62,629 bases of DNA, filler included, from Pseudobdellovibrionaceae bacterium (GCA_030591685.1; 5 parts of 5 records of this genome joined end to end with filler, not necessarily neighbours in it), one strand, 5' to 3'. Positions 9,922 to 20,198 are shown, counted from the first letter of the whole stretch. Numbers and translations are program-made. Notes: generated by a model from the sequence alone, not told the origin.

Positions 9922-10344
9922 TTGAATATCCCAGGCGTAGAGCTCACAGAGCTTAAGCAAATCCCATTAGAAAAGGGGGATGTGTTTCATTTTTTAAAAT
10001 CAAACGAGACCTCTTACAAAGGGTTCGGTGAGGTTTATTTTTCGTTTATAAATAAAGGGTCCTCAAAAGGCTGGAAAAAGCACACTCGTATGACTTTAAA
10101 TCTAGTCGTCCCCAAAGGTGAGGTTAAATTTGATTTATGCGACCTGCGAGAGGGCCAGGAGAACTTTAAATCAAAGGTCTCCATTACTATTGGCCCCGCT
10201 AATTATAAAAGACTGACTGTGCCCCCTGGTGTAGCAGTACTATTTTCGGGCATTGGCGAGGGGTCAATTATTTGTAATTTAGCAGACATCATGCACGACC
10301 CTGATGAGGCCATTGTAGTTTCACAAACAGATATAGATACTTAA
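9922..10344 (+). CDS. NDP-4-keto-6-deoxyhexose 3(,5)-epimerase (RmlC-like cupin)
   Basis: GFGEVYFS, KGWKKH, RLTVPPG; TTG start after GGAGG. Confidence 0.8.
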   Translation: MNIPGVELTELKQIPLEKGDVFHFLKSNETSYKGFGEVYFSFINKGSSKGWKKHTRMTLNLVVPKGEVKFDLCDLREGQENFKSKVSITIGPANYKRLTVPPGVAVLFSGIGEGSIICNLADIMHDPDEAIVVSQTDIDT

Positions 10345-10353
10345 AGGCTCACT

Positions 10354-11196
10354 ATGGTTGTCGTCACAGGTGCCGCAGGGCAATTAGGTAAAGCTATCGT
10401 TGATGAATTAGCACTTCAAAACATTGAGTATCTAGGCATAGACCGGTCGACTGTTGATTTAAGTCAAGCTAAAGAGCTTCAAGATTTTTTTAAAGATAAA
10501 AAAATAGAAGCCATCGTTCACTGTGCGGCAAATACAAATGTTGAGTTTTGCGAGACCAATAAAAAAGTCTCTTACCGTGATAACGTACAGGCAACTAAAA
10601 ACTTAGTTGATTTAAGCCTTCAAAAAGAGGCTTATTTTATGTACATGTCTTCAACAGGTATTTACGGTGATGACCAAAAGACCCCTTATAGTGAGGTCGA
10701 CACTGTACACCCCACAACAGTTCACCATAGTCATAAACTTGAATCAGAGGGGCTCATCGCCGCATCACTTTCAAAGTACGTGATTTTAAGAACCGGATGG
10801 ATCTTTTCTGACCTTAAAAAATCTTTTGTTTTTAAAATTTTAGAAAGCCTCAGCGGTCTGACTGAAATGAAATCTAACACCGAGCAAGTTGGTAACCCTG
10901 TGTATTCAAAAGACATAGCGCGGTCTATATTAGAGTTTTTAAAAAAAGCACCGAAGGGTTTATTTAACTTAGTGGGTGCAAGGCCTGTTTCTAGGTATGA
11001 GTTTGTCTGTGAAATTGTTAAATTGTCGGGTCAGAACATTAAAGTAGAGCCCGTATTAAATTCGCACTTTAAGCGTTTGGCTAAAGTTTCGATGAACGAG
11101 TCTGCGAGCTGTAAAAAAATGATCAAACAGGGGCTTACCCCCCTGCCGGATTGGTCGACGGGGTTAAAAGAGGTTGTAAATAAGTTTTTATCTTGA
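10354..11196 (+). CDS. NDP-4-keto-sugar reductase (RmlD-like SDR)
   Basis: TGAAGQLG, HCAANTNVE, LRTGWIF; the catalytic YxxxK appears as HHSHK. Confidence 0.8.
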   Translation: MVVVTGAAGQLGKAIVDELALQNIEYLGIDRSTVDLSQAKELQDFFKDKKIEAIVHCAANTNVEFCETNKKVSYRDNVQATKNLVDLSLQKEAYFMYMSSTGIYGDDQKTPYSEVDTVHPTTVHHSHKLESEGLIAASLSKYVILRTGWIFSDLKKSFVFKILESLSGLTEMKSNTEQVGNPVYSKDIARSILEFLKKAPKGLFNLVGARPVSRYEFVCEIVKLSGQNIKVEPVLNSHFKRLAKVSMNESASCKKMIKQGLTPLPDWSTGLKEVVNKFLS

Positions 11197-11212
11197 AAGA
11201 GCGCTCTGAGTT

Positions 11213-12154
11213 TTAATCTAAATTAACAGAGTCTCGAACATAGCCCTTGGGGCGATTTAAAGACTGTAAATATATTTTTCTGATGTATTCACCAATAATG
11301 CCAATAGATAAAATCTGCACGCCGGCTAAAAAAGTAATAAGTGAAATTAACGTAATAAACCCCAAGGGGATAGAGTCTGGGAGCATAAACTTTCTAACAA
11401 TTAAGTAAATCACATGTAAAAAACTAAGAATGGTAATAAAAAACCCGAGTACCGTCACAGAGCGAATAGGGGTTTGGGTGGTTGAGGTGAGCCCGTTAAT
11501 CGCAAAAGAAATCATTGAAAATAGGTTAAAATTAGACTTGCCAGCCTTTCTTGTGTCTCTGATGTAATCAACAGACTTTTGCTGATACCCAACAAAGGCG
11601 ACATTGCCCCTAACGTAGGGGTCGTCGTCATTTAAACCTAAAACAGCATCGTTAACGCGCTTTGAGGTGAGCCTAAACTCTGTGGCATCCCTAGGTATGG
11701 GGTACTCAGACAAGCTAGAGATAATCCTGTAGTAAACTCGCCGCACGTTTTTAATTATAAAACCCTCTCTGCGATTTTTAATTTTACCGTAGACAACATC
11801 AAAGCCCTCCTCCCAGCCTTTAATAAACTCAGCTAAGAGCTCTGGCGGGTCCTCAAGGTCAGAGAGTATTAGTACAACAGCATCCCCCTTGGCTTGCTTT
11901 AACCCTAAATAAATAGACCTATTAAGGCCAATATTTCGAGTAAATCGAAGTGCCTTTACATGGGGTCTGTTGGTGGCAAGCTCGGTTAATACCTTAAAAG
12001 TATTATCAGGCGAGTCGTTGTCGGTAAAAATGAACTCAAACTCATACTTTTCACAAAAAGGCTTTAAGGTGCTGTTTAGGCGTTCGAAAAGCTCTAGGAG
12101 GTTTTTCTCCTCGTTATAACATGGGCTGACAATTGAAATGAGGGGCTTTTTCAT
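11213..12154 (-). CDS. GT2 polyprenol-phosphate glycosyltransferase (GtrB/ArnC-like)
   Basis: SPCYNEE, DNDSPD, SDLEDPPE, two C-terminal TM helices, GIIGEYI...RP. Confidence 0.9.
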   Translation of the reverse strand: MKKPLISIVSPCYNEEKNLLELFERLNSTLKPFCEKYEFEFIFTDNDSPDNTFKVLTELATNRPHVKALRFTRNIGLNRSIYLGLKQAKGDAVVLILSDLEDPPELLAEFIKGWEEGFDVVYGKIKNRREGFIIKNVRRVYYRIISSLSEYPIPRDATEFRLTSKRVNDAVLGLNDDDPYVRGNVAFVGYQQKSVDYIRDTRKAGKSNFNLFSMISFAINGLTSTTQTPIRSVTVLGFFITILSFLHVIYLIVRKFMLPDSIPLGFITLISLITFLAGVQILSIGIIGEYIRKIYLQSLNRPKGYVRDSVNLD

Positions 12155-12224
12155 AAAACAGATTGTATGAAAGACACTTCCTCGTGTAAATGTAAATCTG
12201 ATAATAATTAAAGGACGTGCGCAC

Positions 12225-12911
12225 TTGTCAGAATTTGATCAGTATAAAGACACCTACAAAGATGAGGTGAAAAACTCCATATCGTTTGTGTCGGCCCCCG
12301 TTGATTTTTTTACAAAAACAAAAGCTAAACACCTGATTGGTTTAACTCAAACCTTAGATAAGTCAAATGGCCCACTGCGCGTGTTAGACGTGGGGTGTGG
12401 AGTGGGTGAAATCCATGAATTTTTAAAACAGAACCTTAAAGAGATCCACGGCATTGATGTGAGTGCTGAGTCGTTAAAAAAAGCACAAACTAAATACCCT
12501 CAAAATAAATATGTGCATTATGACGGTTTAAAAATACCCTTTGATGATAATAGCTTTGATATGGTTTATACTATTTGTGTTATGCACCACGTAAAGCCCA
12601 GGCAGTGGGAGGGCTTTGTTAAAGAACTCCATAGAGTGGTTAAAGGCGGTGGCCTGGCCGTAATTATTGAGCACAACCCATGGAACCCGTTAACATTAAA
12701 GGTCGTTAACAATTGTGTTTTTGATAAAGACGCCGTTTTGTTAACTATGCCTAAAACCAAAAGCCTATTGTCACAAGCGCAGTTTAAAAATATTTATTCA
12801 AACTTTATTTTGTTTTTCCCTTGGAGGGGGAGAGCTTTTGAATGGCTCTCAGGCTTATTTAAAAAAATCCCCATGGGGGCTCAATACTACTGTGTTGGTA
12901 AAAAAAATTAA
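12225..12911 (+). CDS. Class I SAM-dependent methyltransferase
   Basis: VLDVGCGVG, IPFDDNSFD, EHNPWNP. Confidence 0.88.
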   Translation: MSEFDQYKDTYKDEVKNSISFVSAPVDFFTKTKAKHLIGLTQTLDKSNGPLRVLDVGCGVGEIHEFLKQNLKEIHGIDVSAESLKKAQTKYPQNKYVHYDGLKIPFDDNSFDMVYTICVMHHVKPRQWEGFVKELHRVVKGGGLAVIIEHNPWNPLTLKVVNNCVFDKDAVLLTMPKTKSLLSQAQFKNIYSNFILFFPWRGRAFEWLSGLFKKIPMGAQYYCVGKKN

Positions 12912-14383
12912 GTCATTCTTTTAAAAACCACAAATTGCTTGTCATGGTAAATAATTTTAAAATTTTTATGAGTGGTTTTTGTATGGTAATCCCAAGAGTT
13001 CAGCTCATCAGTGTAAACTTTGTGACTAAATTTTTTATCTAAAATTACATAACTCCTTTGGTGTTTTGTCGCAAACTCCAACAGGGAGTCCATGCTGGGG
13101 GCTATTTTTAAATATCTTGTTTGCCATAGTGTGTGAGCGTTGATGGCCTGAATGTTATAATTATCAATTTGATTAAATACAAAAGATATAGAACTCAGCA
13201 CATAACTGCCATGAGGTATTAGCTTGGCAATTTGAGCATTTTTTTTAGGCTTATCCTCAGCTCGGCTTATAATTTGTAGGTTGTACCCAAAGTTAACTGT
13301 AATAAATAAAAACAGACTCAGTGCTAATACATACTTTTTTGCTCCTTTAAAATTATTAATTTTTAAAAGGCTAGGGGCAATGAGCAAGGTTAAGTAAGGG
13401 GTGATTATAATGAGGTATTTAGCCGTCTTAGCGGTAAGAAGAGCTAAAAACAAGGCGCTTAGCCCTGTCATTAGCAGTAAGTCTTTTTGCTCAGATTTAA
13501 TTTTTTTAAAATCAAAAATTAATGTGAAAAATAAAACAAGTGTAAAGCTCACAACCCAGGGGTAAACAAAATACCTTTGGTGCTCATGTAAGAGCTTAGT
13601 TAATGGGGCAAAGCCACCGCCACTCATTGTTGCTAAAACAGGATCATTTTTTAATTGATATAAAAACCCCTGCCAATCCGCTAAAGATGTGATGTCATAA
13701 AAGTAGGGAGCAAACCCAATAAGGCAAAAAATACCAAAAATAAATGAGCTTTTAAACTCTCTTTTGATCAATAAAAAACTAAACCCTGAAAAACTAAACA
13801 CTAAGCCTGTGAGGTGTGTAAAGCCCCCAAGCCCAGCTAATAAGCCCGCAAGTGGGGTTAAGTAAGCCGCTGCACTTTGAGAGTTGACCCTTTTGTAGAG
13901 AGCTAAAAAGCTACTAAAGCCAAAAAACAACATCATCATTTCGGGGCGAAGAGCAAACCCATATTCAAAAAACTGATTATTTATAAAAAGCATAAAAAAC
14001 ACTAAATAAACAGTAGACTGAGTACTAAAGACGTCAGGTTTTAACCGGGTGTAGGCCTTCACTAAAACAAAGCTTGCAAGCATCCAAAACAAAGAGCTGG
14101 CTTTAAATGCGTACATTGTAAATCCAAATATTTTGTAAACTAACGCGCCAAAGAGGTAGTGGCCCTTGTGGTAAACAAACATTTGCTCAGAGTAGTTTAA
14201 AAAACCCTGCATAAGGTCAGAGCGTAAATACCCTAATTTTGCAATCCAATAAGAGTATTCAGCTATCCATGGGTCATCTATATGCAATTTTCTTAAAGGT
14301 ATGCTGATGACAAACAACACAATTGAAAAGATCAAGCCGTGCTTGATCTTTTTTTTTGATTTTAAAATATTTTGTAAAACCAT
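12908..14383 (-). CDS. GT-C fold membrane glycosyltransferase (ArnT/PMT-like)
   Basis: Multi-TM protein; HIDDPW acidic motif after TM1; RPE motif. Confidence 0.7.
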   Translation of the reverse strand: MVLQNILKSKKKIKHGLIFSIVLFVISIPLRKLHIDDPWIAEYSYWIAKLGYLRSDLMQGFLNYSEQMFVYHKGHYLFGALVYKIFGFTMYAFKASSLFWMLASFVLVKAYTRLKPDVFSTQSTVYLVFFMLFINNQFFEYGFALRPEMMMLFFGFSSFLALYKRVNSQSAAAYLTPLAGLLAGLGGFTHLTGLVFSFSGFSFLLIKREFKSSFIFGIFCLIGFAPYFYDITSLADWQGFLYQLKNDPVLATMSGGGFAPLTKLLHEHQRYFVYPWVVSFTLVLFFTLIFDFKKIKSEQKDLLLMTGLSALFLALLTAKTAKYLIIITPYLTLLIAPSLLKINNFKGAKKYVLALSLFLFITVNFGYNLQIISRAEDKPKKNAQIAKLIPHGSYVLSSISFVFNQIDNYNIQAINAHTLWQTRYLKIAPSMDSLLEFATKHQRSYVILDKKFSHKVYTDELNSWDYHTKTTHKNFKIIYHDKQFVVFKRMT

Positions 14384-14465
14384 AAGTTTAAAAGGCTAAC
14401 AGTGCCTAAAACTATTGTCTATTTAGATCTTAAAAGAGCAACAAAAAGCTCAATTCAAGGCTTAC

Positions 14466-14645
14466 TTATTTGGAATTAATAAGAACTTGCTTTACAGGGC
14501 AAAAGCGAAAGCTTGCTGTGGCGATGAAATAAATGCCAAAATAGGCCCACAGGGGGCCGCCAGCAATGGCCCATGTGAATAAGGTGACCCCTAAGAGCCA
14601 CCGTACTAGGCGAGAAAATGTGTTTAAGTTTCTTTTAACAGCCAT
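14466..14645 (-). CDS. Small membrane protein, DUF2892/YgaP-like (59 aa, not in the ORF track)
   Basis: MAVKRNLNTFSRLVRWLLG...ATASFRFCPV; N...R..R...G and FCP pattern. Confidence 0.75.
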   Translation of the reverse strand: MAVKRNLNTFSRLVRWLLGVTLFTWAIAGGPLWAYFGIYFIATASFRFCPVKQVLINSK

Positions 14646-14657
14646 GAGCGAAAAAAA

Positions 14658-14972
14658 TTAATTGATGCTTTCAAGGGTCGTTTTAAGCTCACCTGATTGA
14701 AACATCTCCAACATAATGTCACTGCCGCCAATGAGCTCTTTGTTCACATACAGCTGGGGGATGGTGGGCCAGTTGCCGTAATCTTTAATGCCCTGTCTGA
14801 TGTCTTGGTCTTCAAGAATATTAAATGAAAAAAAGTCTACATTAAGCTCTTTAAGTATTTGAGTGGCTTGAGCTGAAAACCCACATTGTGGCATACTAGG
14901 GTCGCCCTTCATAAAAAGTACGACTTTGTTGCTTGTTAACATGTCTTCAATTCTTTGTTTTGTGTCTGACAT
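14658..14972 (-). CDS. grxD: Monothiol glutaredoxin
   Basis: FMKG, CGFS, WPTIPQLY, IGGSDI. Confidence 0.95.
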   Translation of the reverse strand: MSDTKQRIEDMLTSNKVVLFMKGDPSMPQCGFSAQATQILKELNVDFFSFNILEDQDIRQGIKDYGNWPTIPQLYVNKELIGGSDIMLEMFQSGELKTTLESIN

Positions 14973-15005
14973 TTGGCTCTCCTTAAAGAGTTTTAATAGG
15001 TAAAA

Positions 15006-15105
15006 NNNNNNNNNNNNNNNNNNNNNNNNNNNNNNNNNNNNNNNNNNNNTTAATTAATTAANNNNNNNNNNNNNNNNNNNNNNNNNNNNNNNNNNNNNNN
15101 NNNNN
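15006..15105. other. Assembly gap/contig linker
   Basis: N-run, TTAATTAATTAA, N-run. Confidence 0.99.
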
Positions 15106-17158
15106 AACCCACCCAAACAATAGTGAGAGCATCAGGGGTGAACCCTGCAAACCAAGCATCTTTAGAGTCACTTGTTGTCCCTGTTTTACCAGCAGCAATG
15201 CCTTTATATCCCCAGGCTTTTGCACTTTTTGCTGTACCACTGATAAGGGTTTGTTTGAGCATCCCGGTGAGCACAGCTAAGCTTTGCTTTGTAACCACCT
15301 GCTCTTCTTCGCCTTTAAACTCATAGAGGGTTTTATCATTTAAGGTGGTGACTTTGTTGACGAGGTGTACGGGTAAAAAACGACCAAAGCGCCCAATGGT
15401 TGAGTAAACCTGAGCGAGCTCTAAAGGGTAAAGCTCAAAAGCACCCAGGGTCAGTGAGGGCACTGTTTTTAACTCAGAGGTCACCCCTAGACGCCGGGCC
15501 ACGCCAATAATATTTTCAAGCCCTACTTGTAGGCCAATTTTTGCCGTACTTACGTTAATCGAATTTTTAAGCGCAAAATACATGGGGATGGGCCCCCAAT
15601 ATTTTTTGCTATAATTTTTAGGGCTCCATTTTTGCCCCTCGTACTTATGTGTAAAAGGGGCGTCGTTAATAAGCGTTAAAGGGTGGTAGTTATCGCCATT
15701 TTCATCAAGCCCCTCTAGGGCTGCTAGGTAAACAAGAGGCTTCATAATTGAACCCACCTGCCGGTGGCTGTCAGTGGCTCTATTGTACTGAGTTTTTTTG
15801 TAGTTGTTCCCGCCAATGAGGGCTTGCACTTCATTGGTCTTGAGGTTGATGTTTATAAGTAGAGCTTGGAGTTGTTTTTGTTCTTCATCGTCTAATTTTT
15901 TTATACGTTTAAAGCGTTTTTTTAAGTGGTTTAAACCGAGCTTTACAGATTTTTGAGCTAAAGTTTGAGCCTTGGGGTCAAGAGAGGTGTAGACCTTTAA
16001 ACCATAAGTGTTTTTAAGCCCTATTTTTTTTAACTCTTTTTTAACCGCATCGACGTAATAGGGGGCTGTGGGGTAAGTAGGAGCACTACTTTTTTTAGGT
16101 AACGGGTAGTTGTTAGCACTTTTAAATTCGATTTTATCAATGTAGCCATGCTTTAACATGTCAGATAATACTTTAGAGCGTCTTTTTTTGCTGATGTCTG
16201 GGTGACTAAAGGGGTTAAAGCGACCAGGGCTATTTAAGAGCCCTGCGAGTAAAGAGCACTCAGACACACTGAGGGCCCGAATATCTTTTTTATAGTAATG
16301 ACTTGCTGCTGCTGAAAATCCTCGAACTTGAAAGGGCCCTTTTTGGCCCATGTAAATAATATTTAAGTAGTTTTCTAAAATTTGTTCTTTAGTGAGCTTT
16401 TTTTCAAGCAAGACAGCCATGATGACCTCTGTGACTTTTCTTTTTAAAGTTCGTTCGTGGGTCAAAAAAAAGTTTTTCACTAATTGCTGCGTGATAGTAC
16501 TGCCGCCACTTTTAAAGTGACCCGTCCTGAGTAAATCCCAAACAGCTCTTAACATACCGGTGAGGCTGATGCCTTCATGTTCTAAAAACATGTGGTCCTC
16601 AATAGAGGTGACAGCCTGTAAACAATAAATAGGGTAGTCTTCGAGTTTAACAAGGTGCCTTAAGACAGGCTCGTTGCCGTAAAATTGTGCAAAAAGATGT
16701 GCGGGGAGTTGAAATTTCTCTTGGGGCTGATGGTTAATAAACGTGTCGAGGACCACCCCTTCAGAGTCCCAAAAAATTGAATATGTGGCTTCTGATGAGC
16801 GATATTTTGATTTAAATAAAACACATGATGTTATGTCGGGGTCGTCGTTGCCCCCTAGTTCACTGCATTGAGGTTGAGAGAGAGCTTTGTAGTCTTTAAT
16901 AAAGAGTGCCTGGGAGGGGGAACGCTTGCGAAACCCCAGTTGTATTAAGCTCGCCTCGACATGCTTAATATTTATACTTAAGCCGGGGGCTACAGTGGGT
17001 GGTTTTGCGTAAATTTCTAAAGGGGGGATAAACCATGAGGTGCGTAAGCTCTCATTGATTTGGTGATTTAATTGAAAGACCCATGAGCAAAAAGCAATGG
17101 TGATTAGCGTCAGTAAAACAAATGTTAAGAGTAGATATTTTTTAGTTTTACTTGTCAT
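15106..17158 (-). CDS. mrcB: Class A penicillin-binding protein (PBP1B-like), 3'-truncated at contig end
   Basis: EDHMF, GGSTITQQLVKN, SIMK, SIN, KTG, DAWFAG. Confidence 0.88.
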
Positions 17159-17211
17159 ATATAACGGCCTACAGGTTGACAATAAGCCCCTAAAAACGTT
17201 TAGTCAATTAC

Positions 17212-17490
17212 ATGAAATTAAACAGTAAGCAAATCGACCGATTAGTAAAGCATATTTTCAATGAACTTAAGTCTCAAAACCTGATTACCTTTAAAGAAAA
17301 AGAAGAAAAGGTATTTCAAAGAGCTTGCGACATAGTGCTTGAAAACATACAACATGAACGAGATTTAGACCAAGAGGTTAACGTCATGCTTGACGATTTA
17401 GAGCGTGATCATGGCGGCGAGTTTCAACGGTACAAAATGTTCCCGTTACTAAAAAAGAAAGTCGCCAAAGAAAAGGGGTTTGTTTTATGA
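17212..17490 (+). CDS. DUF507-family protein
   Basis: MKL...I..L...I, E..LD.EV..ML, MF...KKK.AKEKGFVL pattern. Confidence 0.8.
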   Translation: MKLNSKQIDRLVKHIFNELKSQNLITFKEKEEKVFQRACDIVLENIQHERDLDQEVNVMLDDLERDHGGEFQRYKMFPLLKKKVAKEKGFVL

Positions 17491-17759
17491 TTATGTCTGA
17501 TGATCGACAAAGCCACCTTTGTCACTTAATTGTAGATGGTATCTGGAAAGACGACCTTGTTGACTACTCTGACGACGACCGAGCCCTTAGGGTTGCAAAA
17601 GTCGGCATGAGAAAGTTCATTGTAGAGTACGAGCAAATCGACAGAGATGTTAATAAAACAATCATGTCTTTAAAGCGTGGTGTTGTTGAGGGCTCCCCGG
17701 AGTGGGACATCTTATACCGAAAATACTTTGAGCAGGAGATGCAAAAGCGTGGCAATTAA
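17487..17759 (+). CDS. DUF507-family protein (second type)
   Basis: SDDRQSHL, SLKRGVVEGSPEWDILYRKYFEQE; ATGA overlap with the previous gene. Confidence 0.8.
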   Translation: MIMSDDRQSHLCHLIVDGIWKDDLVDYSDDDRALRVAKVGMRKFIVEYEQIDRDVNKTIMSLKRGVVEGSPEWDILYRKYFEQEMQKRGN

Positions 17760-18675
17760 AAAAAAGAAGATATCCAAAAAAAATAAAAAAACACCTTTAA
17801 AGAAAAAAGCCTCAAAAAAAACTATTAAAAAAAAGGCTACAAAGAAAAAATCAACAAAGAAAAAGGCCACAAAAAAAAGCAGTTCAAAAAAAGTGATTAA
17901 AAAGAAAGCTCCCAAAAAAACAACAAAAAAGAAAGTGACGAAAAAAAAAGTCGCTAAGAAAAAGGTATCAAAGAAGAAAACAGTAAAGAAAAAGGCGACA
18001 AAAAAGAAGACCTCAAAAAAGAAAGTGGCAAAAAAAAAGACGGCTAAAAAATCAGTGAAAAAGAAGGCCACAAAAAAAGCCGCAACTAAAAAAGCCCTTA
18101 AAGGCAAGAAAACAGCTCAAAAAAAGAGTGCAAAAAAGAAGACTTCGAAAAAGCCAGCAAAGAAAAAGACCTCGAAAAAATCAAAAGCCCAAAAAGGGCC
18201 ATCCGCAAAAAAAAGCGTTAAAAAAACAATAAAAGCGGACAAAAAAAAGAAGGCTTCAAAGCCGAGCTCACAGCAAAAGGTTGTCGCTAAAAATAGGTCA
18301 AAGTCTAAAACAAAACTAAGCACCTATAGTGTTCAAGTTAAACCTGCTGGTAGTAAAAAAGAGCCGATATCTCACAAAAATTGGGCTCAAGTTTTTCAGC
18401 CCCTTGATGACCGCCTTTTAGTGCTCGTTGATGCTTCTGAGGTCACAACGCCTGGCGGCCTTTATATACCAAATTCAGCAAAAACAAAGCCTAAAAGAGG
18501 TATAGTGGTCAGTGCAGGGCGAGGTAAAATGAACAAAAAAGGCCGCGTACTACCTATGGATGTAGTTTGTGGTGATAAAATTTTATTTGGCTCTTTTGAT
18601 GGGTCAACGATTACGATTCAAAAGCAAGAATTTTTACTGCTTCGCGAAACCGAAGTCTTAGGTGTGGTGTTATAA
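17749..18675 (+). CDS. groES: Co-chaperonin GroES with about 200-aa Lys-rich histone-H1-like N-terminal extension
   Basis: C-terminal QPLDDRLLV...TPGGLYIP...VVSAGRG...GDKILFG...LLRETEVLGVV; GTG 17749 with AGGAG RBS. Confidence 0.9.
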   Translation: MAIKKKKISKKNKKTPLKKKASKKTIKKKATKKKSTKKKATKKSSSKKVIKKKAPKKTTKKKVTKKKVAKKKVSKKKTVKKKATKKKTSKKKVAKKKTAKKSVKKKATKKAATKKALKGKKTAQKKSAKKKTSKKPAKKKTSKKSKAQKGPSAKKSVKKTIKADKKKKASKPSSQQKVVAKNRSKSKTKLSTYSVQVKPAGSKKEPISHKNWAQVFQPLDDRLLVLVDASEVTTPGGLYIPNSAKTKPKRGIVVSAGRGKMNKKGRVLPMDVVCGDKILFGSFDGSTITIQKQEFLLLRETEVLGVVL

Positions 18676-18693
18676 ATGTTAAAGGAGAATCTA

Positions 18694-20085
18694 ATGATCA
18701 AAAAAATCGGAATACAGTGTGTTATTATAGTTGTGTTAATATTTGCACTTCATTCAGTGGGGTTTTCTTCAGGGATTGACTGGAGCGGGCGTTACCGGGT
18801 TGAATTTAATCAACTGCAATCGGCCAAATTAACAAGTGATAGCCCACTTAAAGAGTACATTAACCACCACTTGGTTTTAAAGCCAAAAATTATAGCTTCT
18901 GATGGGCTCACTATTTTTGGTCGTTTTGATATTCTTAATAGCTCCTCACGTAATCAGTTGGGTGGTTTTTTAGGGGACGGCCTTACGGGTGCGGGGACTC
19001 ATTTTAACGACTCTCAGGCCACCTCAAATACTTTAGATGCCCATATGATTAACGTATCTCAGCTGTATTTAACCCTGACTAACGAATACGGGGCCTTTAT
19101 TGCTGGTCGTACTCCCTTTCACTTTGGTTTAGGTATGGTATTAAGTGCTGGCGAGGGTGAGTTTGATCATTTTTATAATACTCGGGACATGGTGGGATAT
19201 AAAATAGTTTTCGGTAACTATTATATTTTACCAAGTATGGCAAAAATAAAAGAGGGCGACATTGGCCAATCACTTGAGGACGTCACCGAGTATAACCTAC
19301 ATATTCAACTCGACAACCCGGATACAGACACAAGCTTAGGCCTTTTATACTCAATGAGGCGGTCGTCACTTTTAGGTAATGATACCCCTGTGACTTTACC
19401 AGGGTTTGTTACAAAAACAGAGGGGGTTGATTATAACCTTTTAGACGTCTACTGGACAAAAAAAATGAATCAACATCAAATAGCTGTAGAGGTGGCCATG
19501 TATGATGGTGATTATGGTGTAGATGATATTGGGGGCCGAAAAATAAAAGCAAGAGGCACTGGATTAGCTTTTGAGTATGAGTATCAGCCTTCGAATAAAA
19601 AACACACCTACGGCATAAAAGCAGGGATGGCAAAGGGTGATGATTTATCATCCACAGAGTCCTATGAGGGGTTTTCGTTTAACAGAAACTACGATGTTGC
19701 TGTGATTTTATTTAATCACCGCTTAGGGCAGGCCGACTTTTTGCAAACAAATATGATTGGCGGCGGCGGCGCCACAACACAGGCCGATACCGAAGCTATT
19801 AGCAATGTGACTTATTTTGCCCCTTATTTTAATTATCAATGGAAAGAGAAATGGGGCGTTAAAACAAGCTTGATCACCGCTCAGATTAGTGAAACAATTG
19901 GTAACGGAGATAGCAACTTAGGGCTTGAGTTAGACATTGCGCTCACTTACAAACCTCATGATGGGTTTAAGTGGGTGACCGAATTAGGGTACCTTATGAC
20001 AGGCAGTGCTTTTGAGGGTGGCTTAAATGGTTTTGCAACAGATTCAAGTATGGCTTTGGTTTCAAAGGTTGCCATCAGCTTTTAG
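18694..20085 (+). CDS. Outer-membrane beta-barrel protein
   Basis: Signal peptide, amphipathic beta-strands, C-terminal Phe (VAISF); AAGGAG RBS. Confidence 0.75.
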   Translation: MIKKIGIQCVIIVVLIFALHSVGFSSGIDWSGRYRVEFNQLQSAKLTSDSPLKEYINHHLVLKPKIIASDGLTIFGRFDILNSSSRNQLGGFLGDGLTGAGTHFNDSQATSNTLDAHMINVSQLYLTLTNEYGAFIAGRTPFHFGLGMVLSAGEGEFDHFYNTRDMVGYKIVFGNYYILPSMAKIKEGDIGQSLEDVTEYNLHIQLDNPDTDTSLGLLYSMRRSSLLGNDTPVTLPGFVTKTEGVDYNLLDVYWTKKMNQHQIAVEVAMYDGDYGVDDIGGRKIKARGTGLAFEYEYQPSNKKHTYGIKAGMAKGDDLSSTESYEGFSFNRNYDVAVILFNHRLGQADFLQTNMIGGGGATTQADTEAISNVTYFAPYFNYQWKEKWGVKTSLITAQISETIGNGDSNLGLELDIALTYKPHDGFKWVTELGYLMTGSAFEGGLNGFATDSSMALVSKVAISF

Positions 20086-20164
20086 CAAACAATTAAAGAG
20101 CGCAGCTTAGATATAACAACTTAGAATACTTATAAGAAATTGCGATAAGCGATGGTAAGCGGGG

Positions 20165-20198
20165 CCCAGGGGGTGAAATAAACCTCTGGGTTTTTTTT
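20165..20198 (+). terminator. Rho-independent terminator
   Basis: CCCAGGGG...CCTCTGGG followed by T8. Confidence 0.75.

Noticed and set aside
15050..15061. Repeated TTAATTAATTAA palindrome (4 copies)
   Set aside because: Artificial all-frame-stop linker inside the N gaps. Adjacency across the gaps is not biological evidence.
17712..18323. Phe-rich antisense ORFs (also 23161-23464) and ILLL/ILAV/SPPV repeat ORFs
   Set aside because: Shadows of Lys-rich or tandem-repeat coding sequence in other frames.
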